From contig JBFOMH010000017.1 of assembly GCA_040830765.1 (NCBI GenBank), positions 256,001-320,000 of the forward strand: a DNA stretch of 64,000 bases, in the 5' to 3' direction. Source of the stretch: Puniceicoccaceae bacterium. Lineage in GTDB: Bacteria; Verrucomicrobiota; Verrucomicrobiia; Opitutales; Oceanipulchritudinaceae. Below the pieces are notes generated by a model. It did no database searches. It saw only the letters and a program-made list of their open reading frames with translations, and had not been told where the DNA came from. Numbering within the stretch: position 1 is the stretch's first letter; every line of letters starts with the position of its first letter. The translations under genes and the position numbers were made by a program. Positions 53,233-62,720 of this stretch are shown piece by piece.

Positions 53233-53954
53233 TGAGTCAGCGAAACGACCTTGAAGGTGTCCTCTTGATCGACAAGCCGGAGGGAATGACCTCCCACGAC
53301 GTTGTCGACAAGGTGCGGCACAAATTGAAGATGAAACGGGTAGGGCACGCCGGAACGCTGGATCCGAACGCCACCGGTCTCCTGATTATCCTGGTGGGCA
53401 AGGCGACGAAGCTTTCCCAGTTCCTCATGGGTCTGGACAAGACCTACGAGGGGGTTATCAGCCTCGGGATCGAGACGACCACCCAGGACGTCGAGGGCGA
53501 AGTTGTGGAGGAGAAGGATGTTCCTGAATTGAGCGAGGAGCAGGTCAAGGCCTTCATGAAGGAGTTTATCGGCGACCAGTACCAAACCCCACCAATGTTC
53601 TCCGCCAAGAAGATAGATGGAGTTCCTCTTTATAAGATGGCCCGCAAGGGGAAGACCGTTGAACGGGAACCGCGATTTATCCACATCAGTTCTTTCAAGC
53701 TGGATAAGTGGGAGAGTCCGGACATCGAATTCACGTTATCCTGCAGCAAGGGAACCTATGTCCGGACAGTCGCCAACGACCTTGGGCGAAAGATTGGCTG
53801 CGGAGGGTACCTCAAGGAACTGCGCCGGACGGATATCGAGCGCTTCCGGATCGAGGATTCTATTGAGCTGGAAAGCTTCCAGGAACTCAGCATTGACGAA
53901 ATCAAGAGCTGGTTGATTCCGCCCTATCAGGCCGTTCCCAGCAATGTCACCTGA
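53232..53954 (+). CDS. truB: tRNA pseudouridine(55) synthase, short form without PUA domain
   Basis: [24 protein letters not shown]. Confidence 0.96.
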   Translation: MSQRNDLEGVLLIDKPEGMTSHDVVDKVRHKLKMKRVGHAGTLDPNATGLLIILVGKATKLSQFLMGLDKTYEGVISLGIETTTQDVEGEVVEEKDVPELSEEQVKAFMKEFIGDQYQTPPMFSAKKIDGVPLYKMARKGKTVEREPRFIHISSFKLDKWESPDIEFTLSCSKGTYVRTVANDLGRKIGCGGYLKELRRTDIERFRIEDSIELESFQELSIDEIKSWLIPPYQAVPSNVT

Positions 53955-53972
53955 CCTTCAACCGTATCCGTC

Positions 53973-54974
53973 ATGCTGAAAGCGCCGAACCTGGCCACTG
54001 GCCTCCAGACGCATCCTGGCAAGGGCGTCTCCGGCAAGGACCCCCGGAAGGAACCACTCCATCTTGCCATCGGTATGTTCGATGGCGTCCACCTCGGACA
54101 CCAGGCGGTTATCCGGCAGGCAATTGCGGCAGCGGAAAAGGAGGCGGGTCACTTATCGGCTGTCCTCACCTTTGATCCGCATCCCAGCCGGATCCTTTAT
54201 CCAGAGCGGGCAACTTCACTCATCATGCCGTTGAGGCAACGCATTGAACATATGCTCGATGTCGGTGCTGAATGTGTCTTCGTGCAGCCATTCTCCCTGA
54301 CCTATTCGCGCCAGAAGGCGGAGGATTTTGTCCCCTTTCTGATGGAGCTTTTTCCCGGCCTGAAAAGCATTCATGTCGGGGAAAATTTCCGGTTTGGCGC
54401 AGGTCGTAGCGGTGATATCAATACCTTGAGCCAAGGAGCTCGTGAGTATGGTGTCGTGCTCGAAGCCCGCCAGCGGGAGGTCCTGCACGATGTGGCGATA
54501 AGCAGCAGCCGTATTCGGGCCGCCCTCATGGAAGGTGAGATCGGCGAAGTCAACGCCATGCTGGGATATCCCTATGTCGCGGAGGGGAGGATCCTCAAGG
54601 GCAAGGGAATGGGTCGACGGATCGATTTCCCGACACTTAATTTCCAATGGCATCCGGAAGTGCTGCCCCGGTTTGGGGTCTATCTCGTCCTTCTCAAATT
54701 GGCCGGTACAGAACGGCTCCTCCCCGGGGTGGCCAACTACGGCCTCCGGCCAACCCTGGAGGAAGCTGACGAACCCTTGATGGAGGTACATCTTCTCCAA
54801 CCGGAGTCTATTCCGGGGGCAGGGGATCGGGTCCGCATCGCCATGATCGACTATCTCCGTCCGGAGAAGGCATTTCCGTCGCTGGATGACCTCAAGCAGC
54901 AGATAACCCGTGATGTCGAGGCCGCCCGGCAAAAGCACCAGACAATCGATGCCTCATCGATCAAACCTTTCTAA
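53973..54974 (+). CDS. ribF: Bifunctional riboflavin kinase / FAD synthetase
   Basis: GMFDGVHLGH, GENFRFG, ISSSRIR, FPTLN, EVH, LRPE. Confidence 0.96.
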   Translation: MLKAPNLATGLQTHPGKGVSGKDPRKEPLHLAIGMFDGVHLGHQAVIRQAIAAAEKEAGHLSAVLTFDPHPSRILYPERATSLIMPLRQRIEHMLDVGAECVFVQPFSLTYSRQKAEDFVPFLMELFPGLKSIHVGENFRFGAGRSGDINTLSQGAREYGVVLEARQREVLHDVAISSSRIRAALMEGEIGEVNAMLGYPYVAEGRILKGKGMGRRIDFPTLNFQWHPEVLPRFGVYLVLLKLAGTERLLPGVANYGLRPTLEEADEPLMEVHLLQPESIPGAGDRVRIAMIDYLRPEKAFPSLDDLKQQITRDVEAARQKHQTIDASSIKPF

Positions 54975-55015
54975 AGGGTTGCCGGTTGGTGAGGCTGTGA
55001 CTTAATTAGGCGGAG

Positions 55016-56251
55016 ATGAACGCAACTTGCAGGGTATTCCTAACCGCACTCATGGCCCTTGGCGGCATGGGGCTGGTTGCACAGGAAACAGAGCAGTGGC
55101 TCTTTGAAGGCTTGATAACGGAGGCGGATCCAGCCTTGGCCCCGGATTTGCAAAGCGGCTGGGTGCTGGCCGGAAGTTTCTTCTTCAACCGGCTGGAATT
55201 GCAGGAAGAGCCGGTTCCTCCGGAGGCCCGTGGAGGGCGCCTGGCGGGGGGGATTGGCCAGACAGAGCTAACCATTGACCTCTATCACCAGCTGCATTTT
55301 GAAGCGCGACAGGTTCCCGGACTGGCCGGCTTTGATTACCAGAACAACGATCCCGACTTTGATGGGAGGGACATGCTGGGCTGGTTCTTTCCCGTGCAGG
55401 GTGAACTGAAGGACTCCGGATGGACCTCCCGCTGGTTGCAGATCTGGCTCGCCGACCCGGAGGGTGAGATGATCCGGAATGTGCCACCCCGGATTTCCCC
55501 TTACGGGATTGACTATCAGTCTGCCTGGTTCCGGCTGACCTTCGAGAATGCAGCCGGAGAGCCGGTCTATGCCGATGGGCGGATCGATCTCTTTGCACCC
55601 CGGACAGAAGTGGACTCGATGGATGAGGAGACTTCCTGGAGAGGAGTTGCCATTGAACTCAGTGACGAGCTGATGCGGAAGGATTCTGTCATCGAGGAAT
55701 TGCGCCAGGACCTGGCGGCTTCCATCGCCCGCTTGGAAGGATTGCGCAATATGGTCGACCTTCTCGTCGAGGAGCGGGAATCCCTTCGTCAGGAAAACCG
55801 GATTTTGCAGGAAGAGGCGGAAAAAGCCGATCCGCAAGTACAGGAGAAATTGACCGAATTGGAGGTTGAGAAGTCTCTCCTGGAGTCCCGCATCGATGAA
55901 CTCTCCGGCCAGAATCAAGCGCTGGCGGAAAGCCTTGCCTCTTCGGAGGTCGAGCGCCTGCAATTGATGCAACAGCTTGAGGACATGGAAAACCTGCGCA
56001 GCCAACCGGTTGCTGATTCCACCGGTGTGCAATCCGCTTCGTCGGTGGTTGTGACCCGCGACAACCAGCCTGTCGGGTCGATGACGATCGTCGAGGAGCC
56101 GATGGTCATTGAGAAGCCCGTCCTCATTGAGAAGCGTATTCCGGTCAAGGAGACGCCTCCGGAAACGAAGGTCTCCCCGCCACCAGCCAGCAAGGAAAAA
56201 CCCAAGAAGCCGCGATTCACGAAGCGCCATGGACCGCGCAAATTCCGTTAG
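55016..56251 (+). CDS. Hypothetical exported protein: beta-rich domain, long coiled coil, Pro/Lys/Arg tail
   Basis: Signal-peptide-like N-terminus; heptad E/L-rich region; basic C-terminus. Confidence 0.75.
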   Translation: MNATCRVFLTALMALGGMGLVAQETEQWLFEGLITEADPALAPDLQSGWVLAGSFFFNRLELQEEPVPPEARGGRLAGGIGQTELTIDLYHQLHFEARQVPGLAGFDYQNNDPDFDGRDMLGWFFPVQGELKDSGWTSRWLQIWLADPEGEMIRNVPPRISPYGIDYQSAWFRLTFENAAGEPVYADGRIDLFAPRTEVDSMDEETSWRGVAIELSDELMRKDSVIEELRQDLAASIARLEGLRNMVDLLVEERESLRQENRILQEEAEKADPQVQEKLTELEVEKSLLESRIDELSGQNQALAESLASSEVERLQLMQQLEDMENLRSQPVADSTGVQSASSVVVTRDNQPVGSMTIVEEPMVIEKPVLIEKRIPVKETPPETKVSPPPASKEKPKKPRFTKRHGPRKFR

Positions 56252-56256
56252 TTTCC

Positions 56257-57051
56257 GTGGACAAGGCACAGAGACATCGTGTAAACGCCGCCCGCGTTGC
56301 CATTCGCAACCAGATGGGCTTCTTTGACGAGTGGCATGGTCAAGTGGCTTCCGACTGGAAGGCGGATGAAACCCGTGTGACTTTTGCTGACTTTGCCATC
56401 ACCGAAAAGTTATTTGCGGAATTGCGTCGATCCTTCCCGGAGGACCAGTTCATGTCCGAGGAAACGGTGATTCCCGATGAAGAGGTTGCCATCGAATCCC
56501 GATACCTGTGGGTCCTCGACCCGATCGACGGGACCAATAATTATGCCCTTGGCATGCCTTCCTGTGCAATTTCATTGGCTCTCTTCAAGGACGGTCTGCC
56601 GCTATACGGACTTATTTATGATGGTAGCACCAGTGAGTTGTTGGAAGGCGGCCCCCAGCAGCCTCTTCTGGTCAATGGACGCAAGGTTGTGCCACTGGAG
56701 CAGGCTTTTCCCAAGCGGTCCGGATTGGTCGCCCTGCATTTTCCTTTACCTGAATCCCGGGTGGGGGACCTGCATGAACTCTTTCATAAGTACCGTGTCC
56801 GCAGCCTTGGAAGTGCCGCCCTTCACCTGGCCTATGTCGCCTTGGGACGCTTGGACGGAGCCCTGGATGAAAAGGTCCGGATCTGGGATATCGCCGCAGC
56901 CATGTGTCTCCTTGAGGCAGCTGGAAGGGAAATTCGCTTTATTGGCCGGAATCCACTCCCGCTCCTGCAATTCAGCATGAAGGAGGCCCCATTGCAGTAC
57001 TATGCTGGCAATGCGGCATTCTTAAAGGAAATGGAAAATTGGCTTCGTTGA
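56257..57051 (+). CDS. Inositol monophosphatase family protein
   Basis: SEE, WVLDPIDGTNNY, RSLGSAAL, WDIAAA. Confidence 0.93.
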   Translation: MDKAQRHRVNAARVAIRNQMGFFDEWHGQVASDWKADETRVTFADFAITEKLFAELRRSFPEDQFMSEETVIPDEEVAIESRYLWVLDPIDGTNNYALGMPSCAISLALFKDGLPLYGLIYDGSTSELLEGGPQQPLLVNGRKVVPLEQAFPKRSGLVALHFPLPESRVGDLHELFHKYRVRSLGSAALHLAYVALGRLDGALDEKVRIWDIAAAMCLLEAAGREIRFIGRNPLPLLQFSMKEAPLQYYAGNAAFLKEMENWLR

Positions 57052-57108
57052 CATGCTGTCCTTGCCAGCCTCCAACATTCCCTTATCAGTCTTCAGTAAA
57101 GGATTGTT

Positions 57109-57978
57109 ATGAAAATCTACATGAATGGCACCCTTGTCGATGAGGCCGACGCGAAAGTATCCGTGTTTGACCACGGACTGCTGTATGGTGACGGGATATT
57201 TGAAGGAATCCGTCTCTACAAGGGCTGTGTCTTCAAGCTCGACGAGCACCTGGACCGGCTGGACAAGTCGGCCCGCGCTATTCTGTTGAAGCTGCCGGTG
57301 GATCTGGAGACGATTGCCGAGGCCATTTGTGAGACCTGCCGGGTCAACAATCTCGAGGACGGGTACATTCGCCTGATCGTAACCCGTGGCGTCGGTTCCC
57401 TTGGACTGAGCCACCTCAGTTGCAAGGATCCTCAGCTGATCATCATAGCGGACAAGATCACACTCTATCCCGAAGAACACTACACGAAAGGGCTGCGGAT
57501 TATCACTTCGCCAACCCGTCGCATTAATCCGGCCGCCCTGCCGCCGATGGTCAAGTCCCTCAACTACCTGAACAACATCCTTGCCAAGGCGGATGCCAAC
57601 CAGGCCGACTGCCTCGAAGCCATCATGTTGAACGACCAGGGCTATGTTGCCGAATGCACCGGGGACAACATTTTCATCCGGCACAAGGACAAGTGGTTTA
57701 CGCCCCCGACGGCTGCCGGTGCCCTCCGGGGGATTACCCGCGGTGCCGTTCTCGAGCTGATGGAGGACCTTGGCTACACCTGTCAGGAGGCCAATTTGAC
57801 CCGCTATGACATCTGGACCGCTGATGAAATGTTCCTCACCGGCACGGCTGCCGAGGTCATTCCTGTGGTTGACGTGGACAGCCGGACCATTGGGGACGGA
57901 AAGCCCGGTGCCTTGACCCACAAGTTGCTTGAGGCCTTCCATGACAAGGTGAAAACGGATGGCCGGATGATTCGGTGA
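57109..57978 (+). CDS. ilvE: Branched-chain amino acid aminotransferase
   Basis: DHGLLYGDGIFEGIR, KSLNYLN, ECTGDN, LRGITR, GTAAE. Confidence 0.96.
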   Translation: MKIYMNGTLVDEADAKVSVFDHGLLYGDGIFEGIRLYKGCVFKLDEHLDRLDKSARAILLKLPVDLETIAEAICETCRVNNLEDGYIRLIVTRGVGSLGLSHLSCKDPQLIIIADKITLYPEEHYTKGLRIITSPTRRINPAALPPMVKSLNYLNNILAKADANQADCLEAIMLNDQGYVAECTGDNIFIRHKDKWFTPPTAAGALRGITRGAVLELMEDLGYTCQEANLTRYDIWTADEMFLTGTAAEVIPVVDVDSRTIGDGKPGALTHKLLEAFHDKVKTDGRMIR

Positions 57979-58026
57979 ACCGCCCTTTCGACTGGAAAAT
58001 GGGCCGAATGCGATTAAGATAGAAAC

Positions 58027-58521
58027 ATGGCAAAACCCGAACAGTGCAGCCAATGTTCCAAGCCGGCAACGATCCACCTTACCCAGATTATCGATAACAA
58101 GATTCACAAGGTGGATTTGTGCGAGGATTGCCCCTTCAAGAAAGGGGTGACCGATCCGGAAGGCTTCTCCCTGGCCGATTTTCTCCTCAAGCCTCCCGCT
58201 TCGCTCGTTTCGGATCAGTCCCTGCAGTGCGAGGCCTGTGGGTTCTCTCCCGCGGACTTCAAGAAGACCGGGCGTTTCGGATGTCCCCAGTGCTATGAGA
58301 CCTTCAAGGAAATCCTCCAGCCGATGCTGAAGAACATGCACAAGGACACCGTTCACCGGGGAAAGGTGCCTGAAAAAGCCCTGGCCCGTATGAGCCGCAA
58401 GCGGCGTCTGGACCAACTCGAGTCCGACCTCGATGAAGCGGTCAAGGAAGAGAATTACGAAGAGGCGGCCCGCTTGCGGGATTTGATTTCCCAAGCCAGG
58501 GAAGCCCTTAATTTTTCCTGA
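58027..58521 (+). CDS. mcsA: McsA, protein-arginine kinase activator
   Basis: Four CxxC motifs, GRFGC..CY, H.GK.P, C-terminal UVR motif ENYEEAARLRD. Confidence 0.93.
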   Translation: MAKPEQCSQCSKPATIHLTQIIDNKIHKVDLCEDCPFKKGVTDPEGFSLADFLLKPPASLVSDQSLQCEACGFSPADFKKTGRFGCPQCYETFKEILQPMLKNMHKDTVHRGKVPEKALARMSRKRRLDQLESDLDEAVKEENYEEAARLRDLISQAREALNFS

Positions 58522-58526
58522 TAACA

Positions 58527-59651
58527 ATGCTGATAACTCCCCTAATTGAAGCTAAGGCTGAATTGACGGATGGAGGATTGGCAGCTGAGCCAATCGTCCT
58601 TTCGACTCGTATCCGGCTTGCCCGCAACCTGGCCGGTGAAGCTTTTCCGGGATGGGCAGACGGACCGCAGCGGACAGCGGTCTTTGACCGTTGTTTTGAG
58701 CAGCTCAGTCCGTTGTCAGCTTTCAAGGAGGGGGTATTCCTGCAGATGTCCGATCTGACCGACCTTGAAAAACAGGTGTTGGTGGAACGGCGTCTGGTCA
58801 GCCGCGAACTTATCGAGGCCCCCGATTCGACCGGGGTACTGGTTTCACCAGCCCAGAACCTGGCCATTATGATTAATGAAGAGGACCACTTGCGGATCCA
58901 GGCCCTGCACAGCGGATTCAATCTCCGCAAGACCTGGGATGAAGTGGACAGCCTCGACAACCAGATCGAGGAACATCTCGATTATGCGTTTTCCGATGAT
59001 TACGGTTACCTCACTGCCTGTCCGACAAACGTCGGGACGGGTCTCCGGGCCTCCGCGATGCTCCACTTGCCCGGTCTTGTCATGCGGGACCACATGGAGA
59101 AGGTCATCCGGATGGTCAACCAGTTGGGATTGGCGGTCCGGGGAAGCCTCGGTGAGGGCAGCGAGGCCACCGGGAGCATTTTCCAAATCAGCAACCAGCA
59201 GACGCTGGGGGAGTCCGAGGAGCAGATTCTCAAACGCCTCATCAACATCCTTCATGCCATCATTGAGCAGGAGAATAATGCCCGCGGGGTCATGCTCGAA
59301 AAGCAGCCTGCTGTGATTCTGGACAAAATTGGACGCGCCTACGGTGTTTTGCGAAATGGGCACCTTTTAAGCTCCGCAGAAGCGGTAAATCTATTGAGTT
59401 TGATGCGACTGGCAGTGGACATCGGCATGTTGCCGCAGGAAAAACGGGCCCAAATCGACCGTCTGACGATGGAGGTTCAGCCCGGTCATGTCCAGTGCAC
59501 CGCCAATGCCAACATCGATCCGGAAGAGCGCGACGAGATGCGGGCAACCAGAATTAGGGAACAATTTGCTTCTTTTCCTACTCTTGATTTTAGTAACATC
59601 CATTGGACGCCCAACCTGAAACCACAAGATAACGATGGAACCCATGAATAA
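58527..59651 (+). CDS. mcsB: Protein-arginine kinase McsB
   Basis: STRIRLARN, NEEDHLR, CPTNVGTGLRAS, QISNQ.TLG. Confidence 0.95.
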   Translation: MLITPLIEAKAELTDGGLAAEPIVLSTRIRLARNLAGEAFPGWADGPQRTAVFDRCFEQLSPLSAFKEGVFLQMSDLTDLEKQVLVERRLVSRELIEAPDSTGVLVSPAQNLAIMINEEDHLRIQALHSGFNLRKTWDEVDSLDNQIEEHLDYAFSDDYGYLTACPTNVGTGLRASAMLHLPGLVMRDHMEKVIRMVNQLGLAVRGSLGEGSEATGSIFQISNQQTLGESEEQILKRLINILHAIIEQENNARGVMLEKQPAVILDKIGRAYGVLRNGHLLSSAEAVNLLSLMRLAVDIGMLPQEKRAQIDRLTMEVQPGHVQCTANANIDPEERDEMRATRIREQFASFPTLDFSNIHWTPNLKPQDNDGTHE

Positions 59652-62136
59652 TTTTACGCCCCGGGCCCAGCAAGTGCTGGCATTGGCCCGTAAGGAGGCT
59701 GACCGCTTTCACCACAATTATGTCGGTACAGAGCACCTGCTGCTTGGATTGATTAATCTCGGGCAGGGAGTTGCTGTTAATGTGCTGCAGAAAATGGGAC
59801 TGGACCTCGATACTGTGCGGACCGCTGTTGAGAAGCAGGTCGGCAAGGGGCCAGCCGCGAAGCCGATTGGAAACATCTCCTACACCCCCCGGGTAAAAAA
59901 GGTCCTCGCCCTGGCGGGCAAGGAAGCCAAGTCGTTGAACCACAGCTATGTAGGGACGGAGCATATCCTTTTGGGCCTCCTTCGGGAAGGCGATGGCGTC
60001 GCTGCCCGGGTGCTGAAGAGCCTCGAGGTGGATATTGAGCGCTGCCGGGACGAAATCCTCAGCGAACTGGATCCCAATTTTGCCGGTGAAGGGGGCGAAC
60101 CTACGGGTGCTGCCCCGGGTGGCGTCGGTCCCATGGGCGGCGGTCCGGAAGACAAGCGCGAATTGAAGACGCCGGCCCTGAAGGCATTCGGACGGGATCT
60201 TACCGAACTGGCCCGCAACGGGGAACTGGACCCGGTCATCGGCCGCAAGGACGAAATACGCCGGGTCGTCCAGGTGCTTTGCCGGCGGACCAAGAACAAT
60301 CCCGTGTTGATTGGTGAGGCCGGCGTCGGCAAAACGGCCATTGTCGAAGGACTGGCCCTCGAGATTGCAAGTGGGGTTGTTCCGGAAATCCTTGCTGAAA
60401 AACGACTTATAACGCTCGACCTCGCCCTTATGGTGGCTGGGACAAAGTACCGCGGCCAGTTCGAGGAGCGCATCAAGGCGGTCATGGACGAGATTCGCCG
60501 GGCCAAGAACGTCATTATCTTCATCGATGAACTGCACACCATTGTTGGTGCGGGTGCCGCTGAAGGAGCGATGGACGCTTCCAACATCTTCAAGCCAGCC
60601 TTAAGCCGGGGTGAATTGCAGTGCATTGGAGCGACCACCTTGGCCGAGTACCGCAAGTACATAGAGAAGGATAGTGCCCTTGATCGGCGCTTCCAGAGTG
60701 TCATGGTGGACGCTCCGAGCGTCGAGGACTCCATTGCCATCCTCAAGGGCATCGCCCCGAAGTACGAGGAGCACCACAAAGTCAGCTACACGGATAAAGC
60801 CCTTGAATCGGCTGTCCACCTGTCCGAACGCTACATCACTTCCCGCTTCCTGCCGGACAAAGCCATCGATGTGCTCGATGAAACTGGTGCCCGCTCGCGG
60901 ATCAATTCCCTTAATCGTCCACCGGAAATCGAGGACATGGCCAAGAAGATCGAAGAGGTCTGTGCCCAAAAGGAAGATTGCATCAGCAAGCAGAAGTTTG
61001 AGGATGCCGCCAAGTTCCGGGACGAGGAAAAGAAGCTCCGGGCCCAGCGGGAAGAAATGATTGAGGAATGGAAGAAGTCCCGTGCCGAGACCAAGATTAC
61101 TGTCGATGAGGAGGATATGCTCCAGGTCGTCAGCGACTGGACCGGTATTCCGCTGCGCCGGATGGAGCAGAAGGAATCCGAGAAGCTTCTCAATCTGGAG
61201 AATGAGCTTCAGGATACGGTTATCGGGCAGGATGAGGCCACAGTGGCCATTGCCAAAGCCTTGCGCCGCAGCCGGGCCGATTTGAAAGACCCCAGCCGTC
61301 CGATTGGGTCCTTCCTCTTCATGGGCCCGACTGGCGTCGGCAAGACCCACCTCGCCAAGACCCTCGCCGAGTCCATTTTCGGAAACAAGGATTCCATCGT
61401 CCAGATCGACATGTCGGAGTACATGGAGAAGTTTTCTGTCAGCCGCCTGATTGGTTCGCCTCCGGGTTACGTTGGCTACGAGGAAGGGGGTCAGTTGACC
61501 GAGACAGTCCGCCGCAAGCCTTACTGCGTGGTCCTCTTTGACGAAATTGAGAAGGCCCACCCGGATGTCGTGCAGATTCTTCTTCAGGTCCTCGAAGAGG
61601 GCCGCTTGACGGATAGCCTCGGCCGGACGGTCGATTTCCGGAACACGATCATTATCATGACATCCAATGTCGGGGCCCATATCCTGCAGAAGGGACAAGG
61701 GCTCGGGTTCGGGAACGACGATGCAGAGGACAACTTCGAGAAGATCAAATCCAAGATCATGGATGAGGCCAAGCGGGTCTTCAAACCGGAGTTCCTTAAC
61801 CGGATCAACAGTATCATTGTCTTCCACCAGCTGCTTCGCCAGCACCTGCGCAAGATTGTCGATATTGAAATCCGTGGCATCACCGGGCGCCTTGCCGAGC
61901 GCCATATGCCGCTGGAGATTTCCGAGGCTGCCAAGGATTTCCTCATTGACCAGGGATATGATGAGAAGTTCGGAGCCCGGCCCTTGCGGAGGGCGGTCGA
62001 GCAACATCTGGAGGATCCCCTGGCCGAGAATCTCCTGCGGGGTGACCTCAAGGAGGGTGAGCCGGTCCAGGTGGATGTTTCCGAAGATGGCAAGGTGCTG
62101 ACCTTCGTCCAGAAGGCGGCAGCTCCCGGGGTCTGA
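59635..62136 (+). CDS. clpC: ATP-dependent Clp protease ATP-binding subunit ClpC
   Basis: Two ClpN repeats (GTEH), [19 protein letters not shown]-type middle domain, LGF ClpP-docking loop. Confidence 0.96.
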   Translation: MEPMNNFTPRAQQVLALARKEADRFHHNYVGTEHLLLGLINLGQGVAVNVLQKMGLDLDTVRTAVEKQVGKGPAAKPIGNISYTPRVKKVLALAGKEAKSLNHSYVGTEHILLGLLREGDGVAARVLKSLEVDIERCRDEILSELDPNFAGEGGEPTGAAPGGVGPMGGGPEDKRELKTPALKAFGRDLTELARNGELDPVIGRKDEIRRVVQVLCRRTKNNPVLIGEAGVGKTAIVEGLALEIASGVVPEILAEKRLITLDLALMVAGTKYRGQFEERIKAVMDEIRRAKNVIIFIDELHTIVGAGAAEGAMDASNIFKPALSRGELQCIGATTLAEYRKYIEKDSALDRRFQSVMVDAPSVEDSIAILKGIAPKYEEHHKVSYTDKALESAVHLSERYITSRFLPDKAIDVLDETGARSRINSLNRPPEIEDMAKKIEEVCAQKEDCISKQKFEDAAKFRDEEKKLRAQREEMIEEWKKSRAETKITVDEEDMLQVVSDWTGIPLRRMEQKESEKLLNLENELQDTVIGQDEATVAIAKALRRSRADLKDPSRPIGSFLFMGPTGVGKTHLAKTLAESIFGNKDSIVQIDMSEYMEKFSVSRLIGSPPGYVGYEEGGQLTETVRRKPYCVVLFDEIEKAHPDVVQILLQVLEEGRLTDSLGRTVDFRNTIIIMTSNVGAHILQKGQGLGFGNDDAEDNFEKIKSKIMDEAKRVFKPEFLNRINSIIVFHQLLRQHLRKIVDIEIRGITGRLAERHMPLEISEAAKDFLIDQGYDEKFGARPLRRAVEQHLEDPLAENLLRGDLKEGEPVQVDVSEDGKVLTFVQKAAAPGV

Positions 62137-62161
62137 TTCGACTTCCCGCCGGCGATTTCCA

Positions 62162-62190
62162 TTGCCAATCGGGCAGGCCCTTTCTAAGCT
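62162..62190 (+). promoter_or_regulatory. Putative sigma70 promoter of the ACT-domain gene
   Basis: TTGCCA-N17-TAAGCT, followed by AAGGAGG at 62201-62207. Confidence 0.55.
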
Positions 62191-62213
62191 TCATGCTGGA
62201 AAGGAGGCACCTG

Positions 62214-62633
62214 ATGTTAAACGTGTCACAAGGTAAGGAAATCGTCCTTCGTGTGAAGAACGACATGGGTGTCCTTGGTGAAATAGCCCGTTTGGTTTCC
62301 GAGAGGGGGGTAAGTATCGAAGCGGTCTCCGGCACGGCCGAAGCCGACATGTGTACGCTGAGGCTGGTCACGGATGACAATCTGCGCACCTGTGATCTTC
62401 TTCAGGAGCATGCCTATTCTCCGGTTGAGGAATCCGTTGTCCTTCTCGAAGTTCCCCATAAGCCGGGAATGTTGAGGAATCTGACGTTGCGGCTGGGAGA
62501 AGAAGCGATCGATATCCGCTCACTCTATGCTTCCGCGAGTACCAGGGATGCCTATTGCCTGATGGTATTGCGGACGACGAATGATGCTAGGGCGCTCGTC
62601 GCCCTGAGTGAATTCGTCACCGAATATGCATGA
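62214..62633 (+). CDS. Tandem ACT-domain protein
   Basis: N..GVLGEI and HKPGML ACT motifs; strong SD before ATG 62214. Confidence 0.85.
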   Translation: MLNVSQGKEIVLRVKNDMGVLGEIARLVSERGVSIEAVSGTAEADMCTLRLVTDDNLRTCDLLQEHAYSPVEESVVLLEVPHKPGMLRNLTLRLGEEAIDIRSLYASASTRDAYCLMVLRTTNDARALVALSEFVTEYA

Positions 62634-62642
62634 GGCATCTTG

Positions 62643-62701
62643 AAGCACTGAGAGCCAGTGCTTTATGGCAGGCCGGTTGCTTATATCGGCCTGCTTTTTT
62701 T
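62643..62701 (+). terminator. Tandem hairpins / terminator between convergent genes
   Basis: AAGCACTG/CAGTGCTT hairpin, then GCAGGCCGGT/ATCGGCCTGC plus T run. Confidence 0.8.
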
Positions 62702-62720
62702 ATTTGCCTGTGGAGCTCGG

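Noticed and set aside
57022..58527. 501-aa minus-strand ORF
   Set aside because: Antisense to ilvE and mcsA; shadow ORF
60601..62007. 468-aa minus-strand ORF
   Set aside because: Antisense to clpC; long antisense frames are common opposite conserved GC-rich genes
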